Positions 49,038 through 62,483 of a stretch of DNA of 64,000 nt are shown here, one piece after another. Each line of letters starts with the position of its first letter. Positions within the stretch are counted from its first letter, which is position 1. A program made the translations under genes and the position numbers. This DNA comes from Leucoraja erinacea (lineage: Eukaryota). The notes below the pieces were generated by a model, which saw only the letters and a program-made list of their open reading frames with translations, was not told the origin of the DNA and made no database searches. The stretch lies in NCBI RefSeq assembly GCF_028641065.1, contig NC_073407.1:8308001-8372000 (forward strand). Direction: 5' to 3'.

Positions 49038-50670
49038 AAAAAAAAAACCTACAAAGCTAAAAATAACGAATGGGCCGTTGCGTCTTTACATTTGGTGGAG
49101 AAATGCTCGTTTTGAAATTTGACTCTTCTGAAGAGAGTGACAAGCTGCATCTCCTTTGTGACCTATCCACCATACTGTGGCCACATCCGATAATGAGCCT
49201 GCTCTTGCAAAATGCCCAAAACTTCCAATTTAATCATCTTGGGCCTGCAAACACACCACATTAGTCACTATGACAAGGTTAGCATTTCAAAGAGTATTAT
49301 TAATAAAGAAATTGGTCAAGTATAATATTTTTTGCAGCAATTAAACTACTGCTGCTAAAGGTAGTGTATCAAAATATGTACTCAGGAACACTCCAGCAAG
49401 GGGGAATCTCAGTTCTGTAATAGACCTGGCTGTATTTTTTCATTATTTTATGTCTTTTTGCTGTTTAATTTGCTTCCAAAAATCCTGTAAACCCACAAAT
49501 CAAATTGCTCTGGCCTTAGGAAGCAGATACATTTATGACTCATTAATCGCTGCACATTCGTCATGTTAAAATTTTTGCTGGCTGTACAGGAAATGTGGCT
49601 TTTGTTAGCAAGCTCCATTTGCACAACGAGAGATTGTACTCCACCCCACCCCCCCTCCCCCCCGCCTCCATTCAAGACCAGTCCTGAATAGTACCTCACT
49701 GGTGACCCTCAGACTATTCTTGGTCGGACTTTGCGAGCTTTACTTTGCACTAAACATTATTCCCTTGACATGTATCCATACACTGCGAATGGCTCGAGTG
49801 CAAACTCCACGCCGACAGCCTTCGAGGTCAGGATTGAGCCCCGGGTGTCTGGCCTCGCGAGAGAGCTGGTCCAGCAGCTGTGCCACACACATTGTCAATG
49901 AGTCATTAGGTACAATTAAGGGAAATTTCTGATATTCCAGCAGACTCAAGTGAATGAACACTGCACGGTAGCCTCGACAGTGAGAGGCTGAAAGATAACA
50001 CAGTACAGCTTGTGGTAACAAATGAATCAGTTCAGTTTAGCTTTTTGTCACCTGTATCGAGGTACAGTGAAAGGCTTTTAATGCATACTAACCAGTCAGC
50101 AGAAAGACAAATCATGATTACATTCCGGCCATTTCCAGCGAACAACGTTTAATGCAAGGTAATGCCAGCAAAGTCCGATCAAGGATAGTCCGAGGGTCAC
50201 CAAAGAGGTAGATATTAGTTCAGTACTGCTCTCTGGTTGTGGTGGGTTGATTCAGTTGCCTGATAACAGTTGGGAATCACTGAACAAGCCTGCGGTACAT
50301 TGTATCAGCTGAATAACAGCTCTCAATCTAACCTGTGGCGTTTACTCCCACGTGTTGTACTAGACACGTGCATGGATCCCACGCACCAAGCGCGGGGGAA
50401 GCCATTTCATCCTTCTTCCGTTACACTGTCACTCTGTCACTTCACTCTTGTCCGCCTGCTAGTTTTTGGCAAATAGGAGACACCACCTGGAGTGATGTGT
50501 TTGATGTTCGTTCTGTTCCTTTCTTTAATTACTCTCCTTCCCTGACACTGGGGGACTGTTTCTGCACCAGCCAAGCTGATCGGACCCTCTGTTCAGTGAT
50601 ACTCTACACCGATTCAATGCCAGACGAGCCAGCGCAGGCAAGGGAAATAAATTAATGACTGGACCCATGG

Positions 50671-50979
50671 GGGCGGCACAGTGGCACACTGTTAGAGTTG
50701 CTGCCTGACACCACCAGAGACCTGGGATCAATCCTGACTATGGGTGCTGTCTGTACGGAGTTTGCACGTTCTCCCCTTGACCGCGTGGGCGTTCTCTGGG
50801 TGCTCAGGTTTCCTCCCACACTCCAAAGATGTACAGGCTTGTAGGTTACTTGGCTTCCGTAAAAATTGTAACTTGTCCCTAGTGTGTAGGATAGTGCTAG
50901 TGCACGGGGTGATCGATGGTCAGTTCGGACTTGGTGGGCCGAAGGGCCCGTTTCCACGTTGTTTCTATAAACTAAACTA
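50671..50979 (+). mobile_element. HE1-like V-SINE (another copy follows at about 51050-51370)
   Basis: GGGCGGCACAGTGGC head, core and TAAACTAAAC tail. Confidence 0.82.
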
Positions 50980-51914
50980 AGATTAGATCATTAAAATTAG
51001 CTAAAGAGGAGGTAGATGAATCTTTGACAGATTGATTTAGGGTGACATAGGGGTGCAGCTGGTGGAGCTGCTGCCTCAAAGTGACGGAGACCCAGGTTCA
51101 ATCCTGACCTCGGGTGCTGTCTGTGTGGTGCTTAGACCTTCTCCCTATGACCAGGTGGGTTTGCTGCCTCAAAGTGACAGAGACCCGGGCGATCCAGTTT
51201 CCTCCCACATCCCAAAGACACTCAGATTTCACGGTTAAATGGCCTCTGTAAATTGCCCCTAGTTTGTAGGGAGTGGATGAGAAAGTGGGATAACATAGAA
51301 CTGTCGTGAATGTGTGATCAATGGTCGACCTAAGGGCTGGTTCCCATGCTGTATCTTTCAATCAATCAATCAAAGATAGACACAAAGAACTGGAGTCACT
51401 CAGTGGAAAAGGCAGCATCTCTGGAGAGAAGGAATGGGTGACGTTTCGGTCGAGCCCCTTCTTCAGACTGGTTCGGGATAAGGGAAACGTGAGATATAGA
51501 CGGTGATGTGGGGAGATAAAGAACCATGAATGAAAGATATGCAAAAATCAGATTCAGATTCAGATTCAATTTAATTGTAAATGCCGGGGCTATCAATCAA
51601 TCAATGGCTGTGATGATGTGGCATGGAAGAGTTGTTGAATGAGAGGTACAGGAGGGGGAAGACCATTCAGCCCATCTACCACCCATTCACAGTAATCCTA
51701 TCCTAACACATTTCTTTCACCCCATGTTCCCATCAATGCCCATTCCCCCAAGATTCTACCACTCCCCTCTGCACTGGGGCACTTCACAATGCCGACAGTC
51801 CCGCACGTTTTTGGGATGTGGGAAGGAACCCACGTGGTCCAAGGGTGTACATGCAAACTCCACGAAAACAGCTGGGGCCAGGATCGAACCACTATTGCTG
51901 AGAGGCCTGGGGTA

Positions 51915-52345
51915 TAGAAACATAGAAAATAGGTGCAGGAGTAGGCCATTTGGCCCTTCAAGCATGCACCGCCATTCAATATCATGGCTGATCATCCAAC
52001 TCAGTATTTTGTACCTGCCTTCTCTCCATACCCCTTGATCCCTTTAGCCACAAGGGCCACATCTAACTCCCTCTTAAATATAGCCAATGAACTGGCCTCA
52101 ACTACCTTCTGTGGCAGAGAATTCCAGAGATTCACCACTCTCTGTGTGAAAAAATGTTTTCCTCATCACGGTCCTAAAAGATTTCTCCCTTATCCTGAAA
52201 CTGTGACCCCCTTGGTCTGGACTTCCCCAACATCGGGAACAATCTTCCTGCATCTAGCCTCTCCAACCCCTTAAGAATGTTGTAAGTTTCCATAAGATCC
52301 CCCCTCAATCTTCTAAATTCTAGCGAGTACAAGCCAAGTCTATCC
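51915..52345 (-). mobile_element. Young CR1 3' fragment
   Basis: LDRLGLYSLEFRRLRGDLMETYNILKG motif plus the tail shared with 43285-43568. Confidence 0.85.
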
Positions 52346-52559
52346 AGTATATCAGCCATGATCGTGTTGAATGGTGGCCAACAGTTGTTTCCTCCTGAGA
52401 TTGAATCACAGACGCATAGAAAGCTATGGAGCATGGTGAATGGGTATCAACATGAACATGACGGGCCGAAAGGCCTGCTCCTGTGTTGTGTAAATCTATG
52501 GCTCAGCAGCTGTGTGAAGGGCTCTCCAAGGACTGTTACAAACTTGAGCAGACACACCG

Positions 52560-53120
52560 TAGGAAGCATTTTGTAGGAATAAGGGTGGGCTGCCAGCTTT
52601 GGAAACAGTTTGGTTTGGGAACAGCTCTGCCCAAGATCGCAGAGTTGTGGGCGTAGCCCAGTCCATCACACGGGCTATCACTCCCCACCATCGACTCCAT
52701 CTACACTTCACGCTGCCTGGGGAAAGCAGCCAACATAATCAAGGATCTTTCCCACCCCGACATTCCCGCCTCTCCTCGTTTTGGTTGGGCATAAAATACA
52801 GAAGCAGGAAGCATAAACCAGCAGACTCAGGAATAGTTTTTCTCCCTCTGTTATCAGACTGCTGGACATAAGCTAGGGTTCAGTCCCAATTCTCCAACCT
52901 ACCTGATTGCGGACATTGGACTTTTTCTCTGGAACTGTTACACTACAACACTGAGCAACTATATTCTGCACTCTGGTATATTTATCTTCATTCTATCTAT
53001 TGTACTTGAGTTTGGCTTGATTGTATTCATGCATCGCGTTATCTGATTTGGTCGGACAGCATGCAAACAAAAGCCTTTTCTCAGTATCTCAGTGCGTGAC
53101 AATAATAAAACCTAAATCTA
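52560..53120 (+). mobile_element. Degraded Rex1/Babar-like LINE 3' portion
   Basis: TVWFGNSSAQDR..RVV..AQSIT, PTIDSIYTSRC..KAANIIKD.SHP and SRLRNSFSPSVIRLL across frameshifts. Confidence 0.7.
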
Positions 53121-53142
53121 AAATGGAAACAATTTCTCCCAA

Positions 53143-53385
53143 AGATAGACACAAATTGCTGGAGTAACTTAGTGGGTCAGGCGGCACCTCTGCAGAGAAA
53201 GGATGGGTGACGTTTCGTGTCTGGACCTTTGCTTCATTCTGTTGAAGGTTGAAGATTGTGTCCGAGAAAGGGTCCTGACCTGAAACGTCACCCATCCTTT
53301 TTTCACCAGAGATGCTGCCTGACCCGCTGAGTTACTCCAGCACTTTGTGTCTGTCTTTGGTATAAACCAGTATTTGCAGTTCTTT
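53143..53385. mobile_element. Inverted pair of PLE terminal units
   Basis: ...GGATGGGTGACGTTTCG (minus copy), about 40-nt spacer, then GGGTCCTGACCTGAAACGTCACCCATCC (plus copy). Confidence 0.72.
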
Positions 53386-55177
53386 GTTACAACAGACAAA
53401 TGGCGATGCATGAGGCGTGAATGAGCAGGAGAGTTTCCCGTCCCTGTCCTTTTACAGAGTTGGATTGGGAACGGGGAACAAGGAAATAGCCCTGGTCCTT
53501 GGCCCAGTAAGCTCGCCTGTACTCTTAGCAGCCTGTACTCTTCTCTTTAAAGATATGCAGACATGCTAATCCTGTGGGGACCCAGTGTTTCTGAGAGAGA
53601 AAATATTTCATTATTCTGTCCACAGAAATGTCAAGCTAGACGTCGGAGATTTTACATCCTGTTGCAGCAACCAGGGGCTTTGTTAGGAGTCCAAATTTTT
53701 CACAAGCAGCAGCCGCCTCTCTGCGCTAAAATGACATTCAAATCCTTTGCATTGTGGACAACCATGTTTGTTCAAATAATCTGCCTGCATTAACAGCTAA
53801 ACTTCCTGTAACGTGAGGAGGGTGTTTGATTTTGAATCAAAATCACAGGGTTTGATTTTGAAATCAAAGTTTCACGGCATCCGACTGTCGAACCCTTGTT
53901 GGGTTATTTACAAAAAACAACATGCATTATGTCGTGCCTTTAAGGTAGCCTCCTTGCGGGAACCATGTGGGAGCATTGAGCAACACCTGACCGACAAAGT
54001 AACGAGAGCCCAAGCAGTTTGATGAAGGGTCCCAACCTGAAACATCACCTGTCCATTCCCTCCGCAGATGCTGCCTGACCCGCTGAGTTCCTCCAGCACT
54101 TTGAGGTCTTGCTCAAGATTCCAGCATCTGCAGTTCTTTGTATCACCAGTAAAAAGATGCCCCTTTAATGGAGAGTCTTGAAGGAGGAGCGAGAGGTGGA
54201 AGGGGATGACGGAGGGTGTTCCAGAACCCGCTCCAGGGAGTTCCAGGTTGTGGCTCAGTGGTAAAGCTGCATCCTTAGATTGCTGGAGACCTAGGTTCGA
54301 TCCTGACCTCAGGTGCCGTCTCTGTGGAGTTCCCCCTGAGACTGCGTGGGTTTTCTCCAGGTGCTCTGGTTTCCTCCCACATTCCAAAGACATACAAATT
54401 TATGGGTTAATTGGCTTTGGTAAAAAAAAAAAAAGTAAATTGTCCCTATTGTATGTGGAATATTGTTAATGAACGAGGTGATCACTGGTCAGCGCGGACT
54501 GTGGGCTGAAGGGTCTGTTTCTGCATTGGATCTCTAAAGTAAAGTCTAAAAAAGTAAAATGTGGTACCTTGGGACTGAAGACATGGCAAACAACAATTCA
54601 TCCAACATATTCAGCCTCCTGAAATGTGTCTGTGTTTCTAAAGGTTTCGCTTCAGAGACGGTAAGCTGAGTTTTGTTTGCGGATCAGTTCCTTGTGTCCG
54701 CAGCTGCAGCTCTTCTACCGATGCAAGGGGAGGAGCATCGTCACGGGACCAGTCGGTGGCACAATGTTGCCCCCAGGACCACAGAGTGTCTGCTTGGCTC
54801 CTGAACCGCCCGTCAGGCTGCCTGGGCATGAGGTGGGTCACTGGCTCACAGGACAACACTCGCCTCCGGCTCAGATGGCCATGGGTTCAAATCCGACCCT
54901 CCAGTACAGTGTGGGCGAGTGTGGTGCTGCTTATTGGCTAAGCCAAGATCTTGCAGAAACAAGATCTTACACCAAAGACAGACTCGAAGTGCTGGAGTGA
55001 CTAAGCAGGTAAGGCAGCATCTCTGGAGAAAAAAGACGGGTGACGTTCTTCAGACTGAAAGTAGAGAGTTGGGAGTGAAGAGTTGGAAAAAGAACAGGAA
55101 TAAATCAAGGCCGCACACAAATTACCTCGGGCATGGCGGGTGCCTGGTAGGTCCATTGTTGGCCAAGGAAGGTGTGA

Positions 55178-55472
55178 CTTAGTTTAGTCTCGAGATACAG
55201 TGCGGAAACAGGCCCACCAGGCCCGCGCCGTCCAGCGATCCCCACACATAACACTATCCTACCAGGGCCAATTTTTACATTTGCCAAGCCAATTAACCTA
55301 CAAACCTGTACAACTGGAGTGTGGGAGGAAACCAAAGATATCGGAGAAAACCCACGCAGGTCACGGGGAGAACGTACAAACTCCGTACAGACAGCATCTG
55401 TAGCCGGGATCGAACCCGGGTCTCCGGCGCTGCATTCGATGTAAGGCAGCAACTCTACCGCTGCGCCACCGT
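55178..55472 (-). mobile_element. HE1-like V-SINE, insertion-bearing subfamily
   Basis: Same head insertion (GAATGCAGCG) as 29820-30130. Confidence 0.8.
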
Positions 55473-56339
55473 GATCTCAAGAGAAACAATGTGGAGAAAT
55501 GTAGAACTGATAGAAAAATGACTAGGGAGGAGGAAGGGGGCAAGTGGGGAGGGTGTAGGGGAGGGGTGTATAAGGTGATGTTAGGTACAATTAAATAATT
55601 CAATGTTTATACCACTGGGCTGTAAGATCTTAGCTGCATGATGTGAAAGTAGCCGGGGTGTGGAGGGCCAGTGCTCTCCATTATGCACCCTTTAATTAGC
55701 ACTGTTTCACACAGACTATCTGCTCCTTAACATATAGCTGTTATGGAATCTTGCTGTGCACACATTGACCACCAGGTTTCCATCAATACTCATCGACCAG
55801 AGCACCTCTGACTCCAGTTACATTCCCCGCTTAGAACAGTACAGAGCAGGAACTGGCCCTTCGGCCCACAATGTCTGTGCCACAATGAACATGATGCCAG
55901 GTTAAACTAATCTCTGCCTGCACGTGATCCATATCCCTCTGTTCCCTGCATATCCATGTGCCTGTCTAAACGCCTCTTAAACGCCACTGTTGTACCAGCC
56001 TCCGCTACCACCCCTGTCACCACTATCTGTGTAAAACACTAGCTGGAGTCAGTGTCTGGGGCTGGGTGCCAGTGCGGCCCCAGGCACTGGGAGAGCCGGC
56101 TGTAGGTGAGTTCCCGCGGGGTAGCCATGTTACAGCAGCTCGTGGTCTCTGATCCTTCATTCCCCCACCCTGGCTGCTGGGTACAATGGGGTTCAGTAAC
56201 GTGAGAGGAGGAGGGAGTTGCTGCTGCGGCCACACTGAGGTTGGTGCTGCCCATTCACACGCTGGAGAGAGGTTAATCCACACTCACCGCCGGAGACTCA
56301 CCCACTCACTGCACTGGGAACAAAACCAACTGAGCAGAG

Positions 56340-57030
56340 GCACTCACACCAACCACACACACACACCCCGCAGACACCCCCCACACACAACCCCCCCCCA
56401 CACACACAACCCCCCCCCAATCCCCCCCCCCCACACACAACCCCCCCCCCACACACACACCCCCCCCACCCCCCCCCCACACACACACACCCCCCCACCA
56501 CACACACACACCCCCCCCCCACCACACACACACACCCACCCCCCCCNNNNNNNNNNNNNNNNNNNNNNNNNNNNNNNNNNNNNNNNNNNNNNNNNNNNNN
56601 NNNNNNNNNNNNNNNNNNNNNNNNNNNNNNNNNNNNNNNNNNNNNNNNNNNNNNNNNNNNNNNNNNNNNNNNNNNNNNNNNNNNNNNNNNNNNNNNNNNN
56701 NNNNNCCCCCCCACACACAACCCCCCCCCACACCCACCCCACACACAACCACACACACCCCCCCACACACACACCCCCCACACACACAACCCCCCCTACA
56801 CACACCCCCCCCCCCACACACCCACCCACACCCANNNNNNNNNNNNNNNNNNNNNNNNNNNNNNNNNNNNNNNNNNNNNNNNNNNNNNNNNNNNNNNNNN
56901 NNNNNNNNNNNNNNNNNNNNNNNNNNNNNNNNNNNNNNNNNNNNNNNNNNNNNNNNNNNNNNNNNNNNNNNNNNNNNNNNNNNNNNNNNNNCCCAACACG
57001 CACAACCCCACAACACACACACACATCCGC
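56340..57030. repeat. C/CA-rich low-complexity tract with two assembly gaps (N 56547-56705, 56835-56991)
   Basis: Seen directly in the sequence. Confidence 0.95.
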
Positions 57031-57944
57031 ACAATGCAAGATGAATATGGCTGAGTTTTGCACAGTGTGTAAGTCTTCGAGCTGATTTCCAGGAACACAG
57101 AAACCACTAAAAATAGAAGCCAGTCTGTACGGCTCTCGGCACAGTTCAGTGTGAGCTCTGTACGTGCCCGTCCCAATCTGAAACAATTATACACAAAACC
57201 CGTACTGAAACAGATGGTTGTAAAAGTTTGAATTGGAATCCAACCAAATAGTTGGATCCCAGAAGTACTCGGCTTTGCGGGGGACGTTTCCCAGTCTTTG
57301 GTTGTTGATCACCAGTCACTGCTTCTCTGGAGAGCTGTAGATGGAGGCCACATACTAGTGGTCACCCCACAAAGACGTCCTCTAGACCCAGTCACACCGG
57401 AAACCCCAACCCAGACTGACCCCCATCAGTCATCCACTTCATTCCTGGGCCCAGAGGAATGGAAACCCTTGAGTAATCAAGCAGGTCTACGTTTAAAAAA
57501 GGTGTCACACCCAGCGTACCTATAGTAGGAGCTACCTAAACACAATGAAGGAAGAATAATATGTTCACCGTGCAGAATTATAGCGCAGGCCTGAGCTTCC
57601 ATGTATCCAATTGAAGACTCTCAGACTATCTTTAATTGGACTTTACCTTGCAATAAACGTAATTCCTTTATCATGTACCTGCACACTGTGGACGGCTCGA
57701 TTCTAATCGTGTCTACTCTTTCCTTTGACTGGTTAGCACCCATCTCATCTGCTACTTGTTGCAAACCTCAAACGTATTTTATTCCCTTCCCCAGAGAGCC
57801 TGGGGTTTAATGGATGCACCCGTTCATTTAGATGGCACCAGTTTCCATGTGGACTGGAGGTTGATTAGGAAGTCCTAAAATGCACAGGTCCCCATGGCTT
57901 AGGTCTTAACTTCCTTGTCCAATGGAAGGTTACAAGTGTGGTTT

Positions 57945-58233
57945 GCTTTAGAGAAACAAAACAGGAAACAGGCCCATCGAGTCCACGCCTACCCATTGAT
58001 CACCCGTTCATACTAGTCTGATGTTATCCCACTTCCTCATCCACTCTCTGCACGCTAGGGGCAATTTACAGAACCCGATTAATCTACAAACCCGCACGTC
58101 TTTGGGACGTGGGAGGAAACCAGAGTACCCGGAGTAAACGCAAATGGAAACTGTGAGCCTCCGCACAGACAGCATCTGAGGTCAGGGTCAAACCCAGGTC
58201 TCTGGTGCAGTGAGGCAGCAGCTCTACCACTAC
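57945..58233 (-). mobile_element. V-SINE in the spacer of an inverted duplication
   Basis: Shared SINE core in reverse orientation. Confidence 0.75.
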
Positions 58234-59199
58234 TGGCGGGGATAAGCGTACATGGACCAATTTCTGCAATAAAAAGAAAGCAACCTCCAAATGGACGCAG
58301 AACTGGTCAATGTGCATCCATTATACCTCAGGTCCTCTAGGGAAGGGAATAGAATATGTTGGAAGTTGCAACAGGTGTCAGAGGAGACTGGTTCTAACCA
58401 GTCAACGGAAAGACTACACATGATTACAATTGGGCCGTCCACAGTGTACAGGTACATGATAAAGGGAATAACGTTTAGCGCAAGGTAATGTCAAGTAAAG
58501 CCCAGTGGTATAAATGGCTGATCTACTAGACTAACCATACAATCTGGTGAATGAAAGCCAAAAGGTCAAGTCTCACCATGGATTTAATCACTTCAATCAT
58601 CTCAAGTAAAAAAGCCAAGGTCAGTTATGGTGGCAACGCAATGTGCCAATAATTATAACACCGTAAAACTCAAGTGGTTCACCAGTGTCTATCAGAGTGT
58701 GGCAACTGGTGTGTGAATCTGGACCCACCAGACCATTCATAAGTGATAGGAGCAGAAATAGGCCATTCGGCCCGCTGAGTCTACTCCATTCAATCATGGC
58801 TGATCTGTCTTTCCCTCTCAACCATTCTCCTGCCTTCTTCCCAGAACCCCTGACGCCCCTACTAATCAAGATCCTGTCAATCTCCGCTTTAAAAATACCC
58901 AATTACTTGGCCTCTACAACCTTCTGCAGCAATGAATTCCACAGATTCATCACCCTCTGGCTAGAGAAATTCACCTTCATTTCTTTTCTAGAGGTAGGTC
59001 CTTTAGATAAATCCACCAGTCCAAACCCACGCACAGTTTGAACCGGCCCTGTTATTAAGAATGGACTAAAATTCCCGGGCAGCTAAAGGAAGCCAACATT
59101 GTGCAAAAGTTCCTGCATCCCCCAGCCCGTCAGCAGCAATGCAACCAGGGATGCACCGGTGGCCACCGTTCGGCTGCGGCCTCTGGCCGTGTTTCTTAC

Positions 59200-59307
59200 C
59201 GAGGGAGTGAGCTGCCGTCGTCTTGGAGCTGAAGAAGCGTCCCAGGCCCAGGTCCCCGAGCTTCACCGCCCCCGTGGCTGTGATGAAGACGTTGGCCGGC
59301 TTGATGT
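59200..59307 (-). CDS. NEK6: NEK6 internal exon (catalytic loop, DLG motif, activation loop)
   Basis: ttgccag|AC...CTC G|gtaag, 108 nt. (D)[35 protein letters not shown]. Confidence 0.96.
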
Positions 59308-59357
59308 CTGGCAACAGAGACAGAGCCAGTGAGTAATGAGTGGAAGATCATCCTAAC

Positions 59358-59635
59358 CCACTGCCTCCACTGTCAGAGTGAGGCCACATGCAGATTGGAG
59401 GAACAGCACCTCGTATTTCGCTTGGGCAGCTTACAACCCAGAGGTATGAACATTGATTTCTCTAAATTCAATTATCTCCTGTATTCCCTCCCCTCTCTTC
59501 CCCCCCCCCACCCACTTCTACTTTCAGACTGAAGAAGGGTTCCGACCTGAAACGTGGGTTATATTACCCTATTATAATTCTCCTGAGATGCTGCCTGACC
59601 CGCTGTGTTACTCCAGCATTTCATGTCTATCTTAG
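59358..59635 (+). mobile_element. PLE 3' fragment about 50 nt from a NEK6 acceptor
   Basis: CLHCQSEATCRLEEQHLVFRLGSLQPRGMNIDFS plus CTGAAGAAGGGTTCCGACCTGAAACG. Confidence 0.8.
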
Positions 59636-60667
59636 GTCCTAACCCTGGGGTCACGTGGATGTCTGGACTAGGGGGTCATTAACTACAGGGAGAGCTTGGA
59701 CAGACTTGGGACACCGAAGGTTGAGGGTTGAGACCTGATCGAGATATGTAAAATTATGAGAGGCATAGATATGGTAGACAGTCAAAACCTTTGTCCCAGG
59801 ATGGAAAAATCAAATACTAGAGGGCACAGGTTTAAGGTGATACACGGAAGCCCAGGCAGCTGCGGATGCTGGAATCTTGAACTAAACACAAGGCTATCCA
59901 CTGTACCTCGTTACACCTGACAATAAACTAAACTCATATGGATTATGTACAGGCAGAGGAGTTGGTCTTAGCACCATGTTCAGCGCAGACATTGTGGGCC
60001 AAAGGGCCCATTCTTGTGCTGTACTGTTCTATGTTCTACATTTACCTCCTCCCCCTATCAGTCCCCTCCATTTTCCTCCACAGATACTGCCCGATCTGCT
60101 GAGTCCCTCCAGCACTCGGTGTTTTGCTCAAGGTTCCAGCAACTTGTGTGTCTCCAAAGACAGAGGAGGTCTCGGCGGTGGGGTGAGTGTGTACGGGAGG
60201 AGAGTGGGTCACCCAAAACTGCAAATTCCAATGCGGGGTGCTTGGCTGCCCAAGCGAAATATGAGACATTTGCACCTTTCCTCGTCATAGCTGAGGAGAA
60301 GATGCAGGACTGATGGAATGGTGTGGGAGTGGGAATAATGGTGTCACCCATGGTTAGTGCATTCCCACCACAGACATACAGTGGGACTTCGGCAGGCCGA
60401 CTCCACTACAAACGTGGGCTTTGAGTGTGTGCATACGCCTGGTGCATGTGCGTGTGAGTGTGTGCATGTATTCTGTGTGAGTGCGTGCACGTGTGGTGTG
60501 TGCTCACACATGCTTTGCTTCATGGTTGGCAGGGACATTGTGGGCTGAATGGCCTGTTCCTGTGCGGGTGCTACCTTCACACAAACTTACACATACACAC
60601 AATTGCACACACACACACACACACACACACACCATGCATTCTGCTCAGTTACTGCATGAGGCAATTT

Positions 60668-60940
60668 AGGGCAGCACGGTGGTGCAGCGGTAGAGTTGCT
60701 GCCTTACAGCGCCAGAGACCCGAGTTTGATCCTGACTATGGGTGTTTGTCTCCCCATGACCTGCGTGGGTTTTCTCTGAGAGCTTTAGTTTCCTCCCACA
60801 CTCCAAAGGCGTACAGTTTTGCACATTAAAGTAAATTGTCCCTTGGGTGTGTAGGATAGTGTTAGTGTGCGGGGATCGCTGGTCAGTGCGGACTAAGTGG
60901 GCCGAAGGGCCTGTTTCCGCGCTGTATCTTTAAACTAAAC
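60668..60940 (+). mobile_element. HE1-like V-SINE
   Basis: GGGCAGCACGGTGGTGCAGCGGTAGAGTTGCTGCC head and TAAACTAAAC tail. Confidence 0.82.
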
Positions 60941-60999
60941 TTGCTCCATAGCAGAGCTGCTAATTCCTCAGCCGAAATGCTCAGCAGGAAAGGACAGGT

Positions 61000-61510
61000 A
61001 AATGGACGCAACAAGATGCGGAGGATTTGAAAAGGTGCAGAAGAGGTTTACCAGGATGTGCCTGGATGAGAGGGCATTAGCTCCAAGGAGGGGTTGGACA
61101 GACTTGTGTTGTTTTCTCTGGAACGCCAGAGGTTGAGCAGTGCCCTGATAGAAGTGTACAACATTATGAAAGGCAAAGGTAGGGTCAGAACCATTCTCCG
61201 AGGGTGGAAATGTCAAAGGTTAAAGGGCATAGCTTTACAGTGAGAGGTGCAAAGTTTAAAGGGGATGAGCGGAAAAAGATTTTTTTTTTTTTACACAGAG
61301 AGTGCTGGGTGCCTGGAAGGATCTGCCAGGGGTGGTGAAGGAAACATCTACGATAGTGGCGTTAAAGAGACTTTTGGAGAGGAATGTAGATATAGGGTAG
61401 GGAATGGAGGGATATGGACCATGTGCCGGCAGAGATTAGTTTCTCCTTGCATCATGTTTGGCTCAGACATTGTGGGTGGAAGTGCCTGTTCCTGTGCTGT
61501 GCTGTTCTGC
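61000..61510 (+). mobile_element. Degraded CR1-like 3' fragment
   Basis: EKVQKRFTRM motif and the tail shared with other copies. Confidence 0.7.
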
Positions 61511-62191
61511 GTTCTCACACACACATTTACACACACACACACAACACGCACAGGCACTGACAACACGCACACCTGCCCAGGCTCACACACAAACATGTAC
61601 AAAACCGACGCACACATCTGCGCACAAACACACATGCAGAGACCCATGTATTCACTGCACATACACAACAGATGCACACACATATACACGCACAGACACA
61701 TACACAATGCACACAGTACAAAAAATACACAGGTAGACAAAAGTGCTGGAGAAACTCAGCGGGTACAGCAGCATCTATGGAGCGAAGGAAATAGGCAACG
61801 TTTTGGGCCGAACCCCTTGGTTTCGATTTTCCAGCCTCTGCAGTTTCTTCTTAAACAAAAAATACACAACCTACAGACACAACTCCCCACACAAATGCAA
61901 ACTAACATATAAACACATACATGTATATGCACACATACAAAGTGGCGATTATATGCACTTGTATACCCCACTTACATGTGTAAGAAGGAATTGCGGATGC
62001 TGGTTTAAATCGAAGAAAGACTCAAAAAGCTGGAGTAACTCAGTGGGACAGGCAGCATCTCTGGAGAGAAGGAATGGGTGACGTTTCGGGTCGAGACTCT
62101 TCTTCAGAGATGCTGCCTGTCCCGCTGGGTTACTCCAGCATTTTGTGTGTATCCACACATACATGCTCTCTAATATACACTTGCTTCCACT

Positions 62192-62206
62192 ACACACACA
62201 CACACA

Positions 62207-62251
<45 letters not shown>
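62192..62251. repeat. (CA)n microsatellite
   Basis: About 30 CA units with one interruption; another (CA)n at 60606-60631. Confidence 0.95.
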
Positions 62252-62253
<2 letters not shown>

Positions 62254-62374
62254 CTGCATGCACACACTAGCGCACAGATACACAAATCTCTCCCCCTCAT
62301 TTCTCTCCTGCTACCACTGGGCTGAGCTGTGGTTTTGACTGGAGATGGATGTTAGTGATGGGTCGTTGCGTTAC

Positions 62375-62483
62375 CTCTGTGCATCACCCTTCGGGAGTGC
62401 ATGTGCTCCACTGCGCTGCATAGCTGCACAAAGTATTTCCATATTGTTCTTTCTGGAATTAGCCTCTTTTGCTTTTTGAAGTA
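62375..62483 (-). CDS. NEK6: NIMA-related kinase 6, internal exon leading into the HRD motif
   Basis: ttcacag|TAC...AGA G|gtaa, 109 nt. [36 protein letters not shown]; YFKK and SAVEH are NEK6-type (NEK7 has HFKK and SALEH). Confidence 0.96.

Noticed and set aside
56186-57194. His/Thr/Pro- and Val/Cys/Gly-rich long ORFs
   Set aside because: Low-complexity C/CA repeats spanning N gaps.
61247-61912. 221-aa ORF
   Set aside because: Chimera of CR1 tail, CA-rich sequence and a PLE unit.
18701-62483. Assignment as NEK7
   Set aside because: Most diagnostic residues, the C-terminus and adjacency to PSMB7 favour NEK6.
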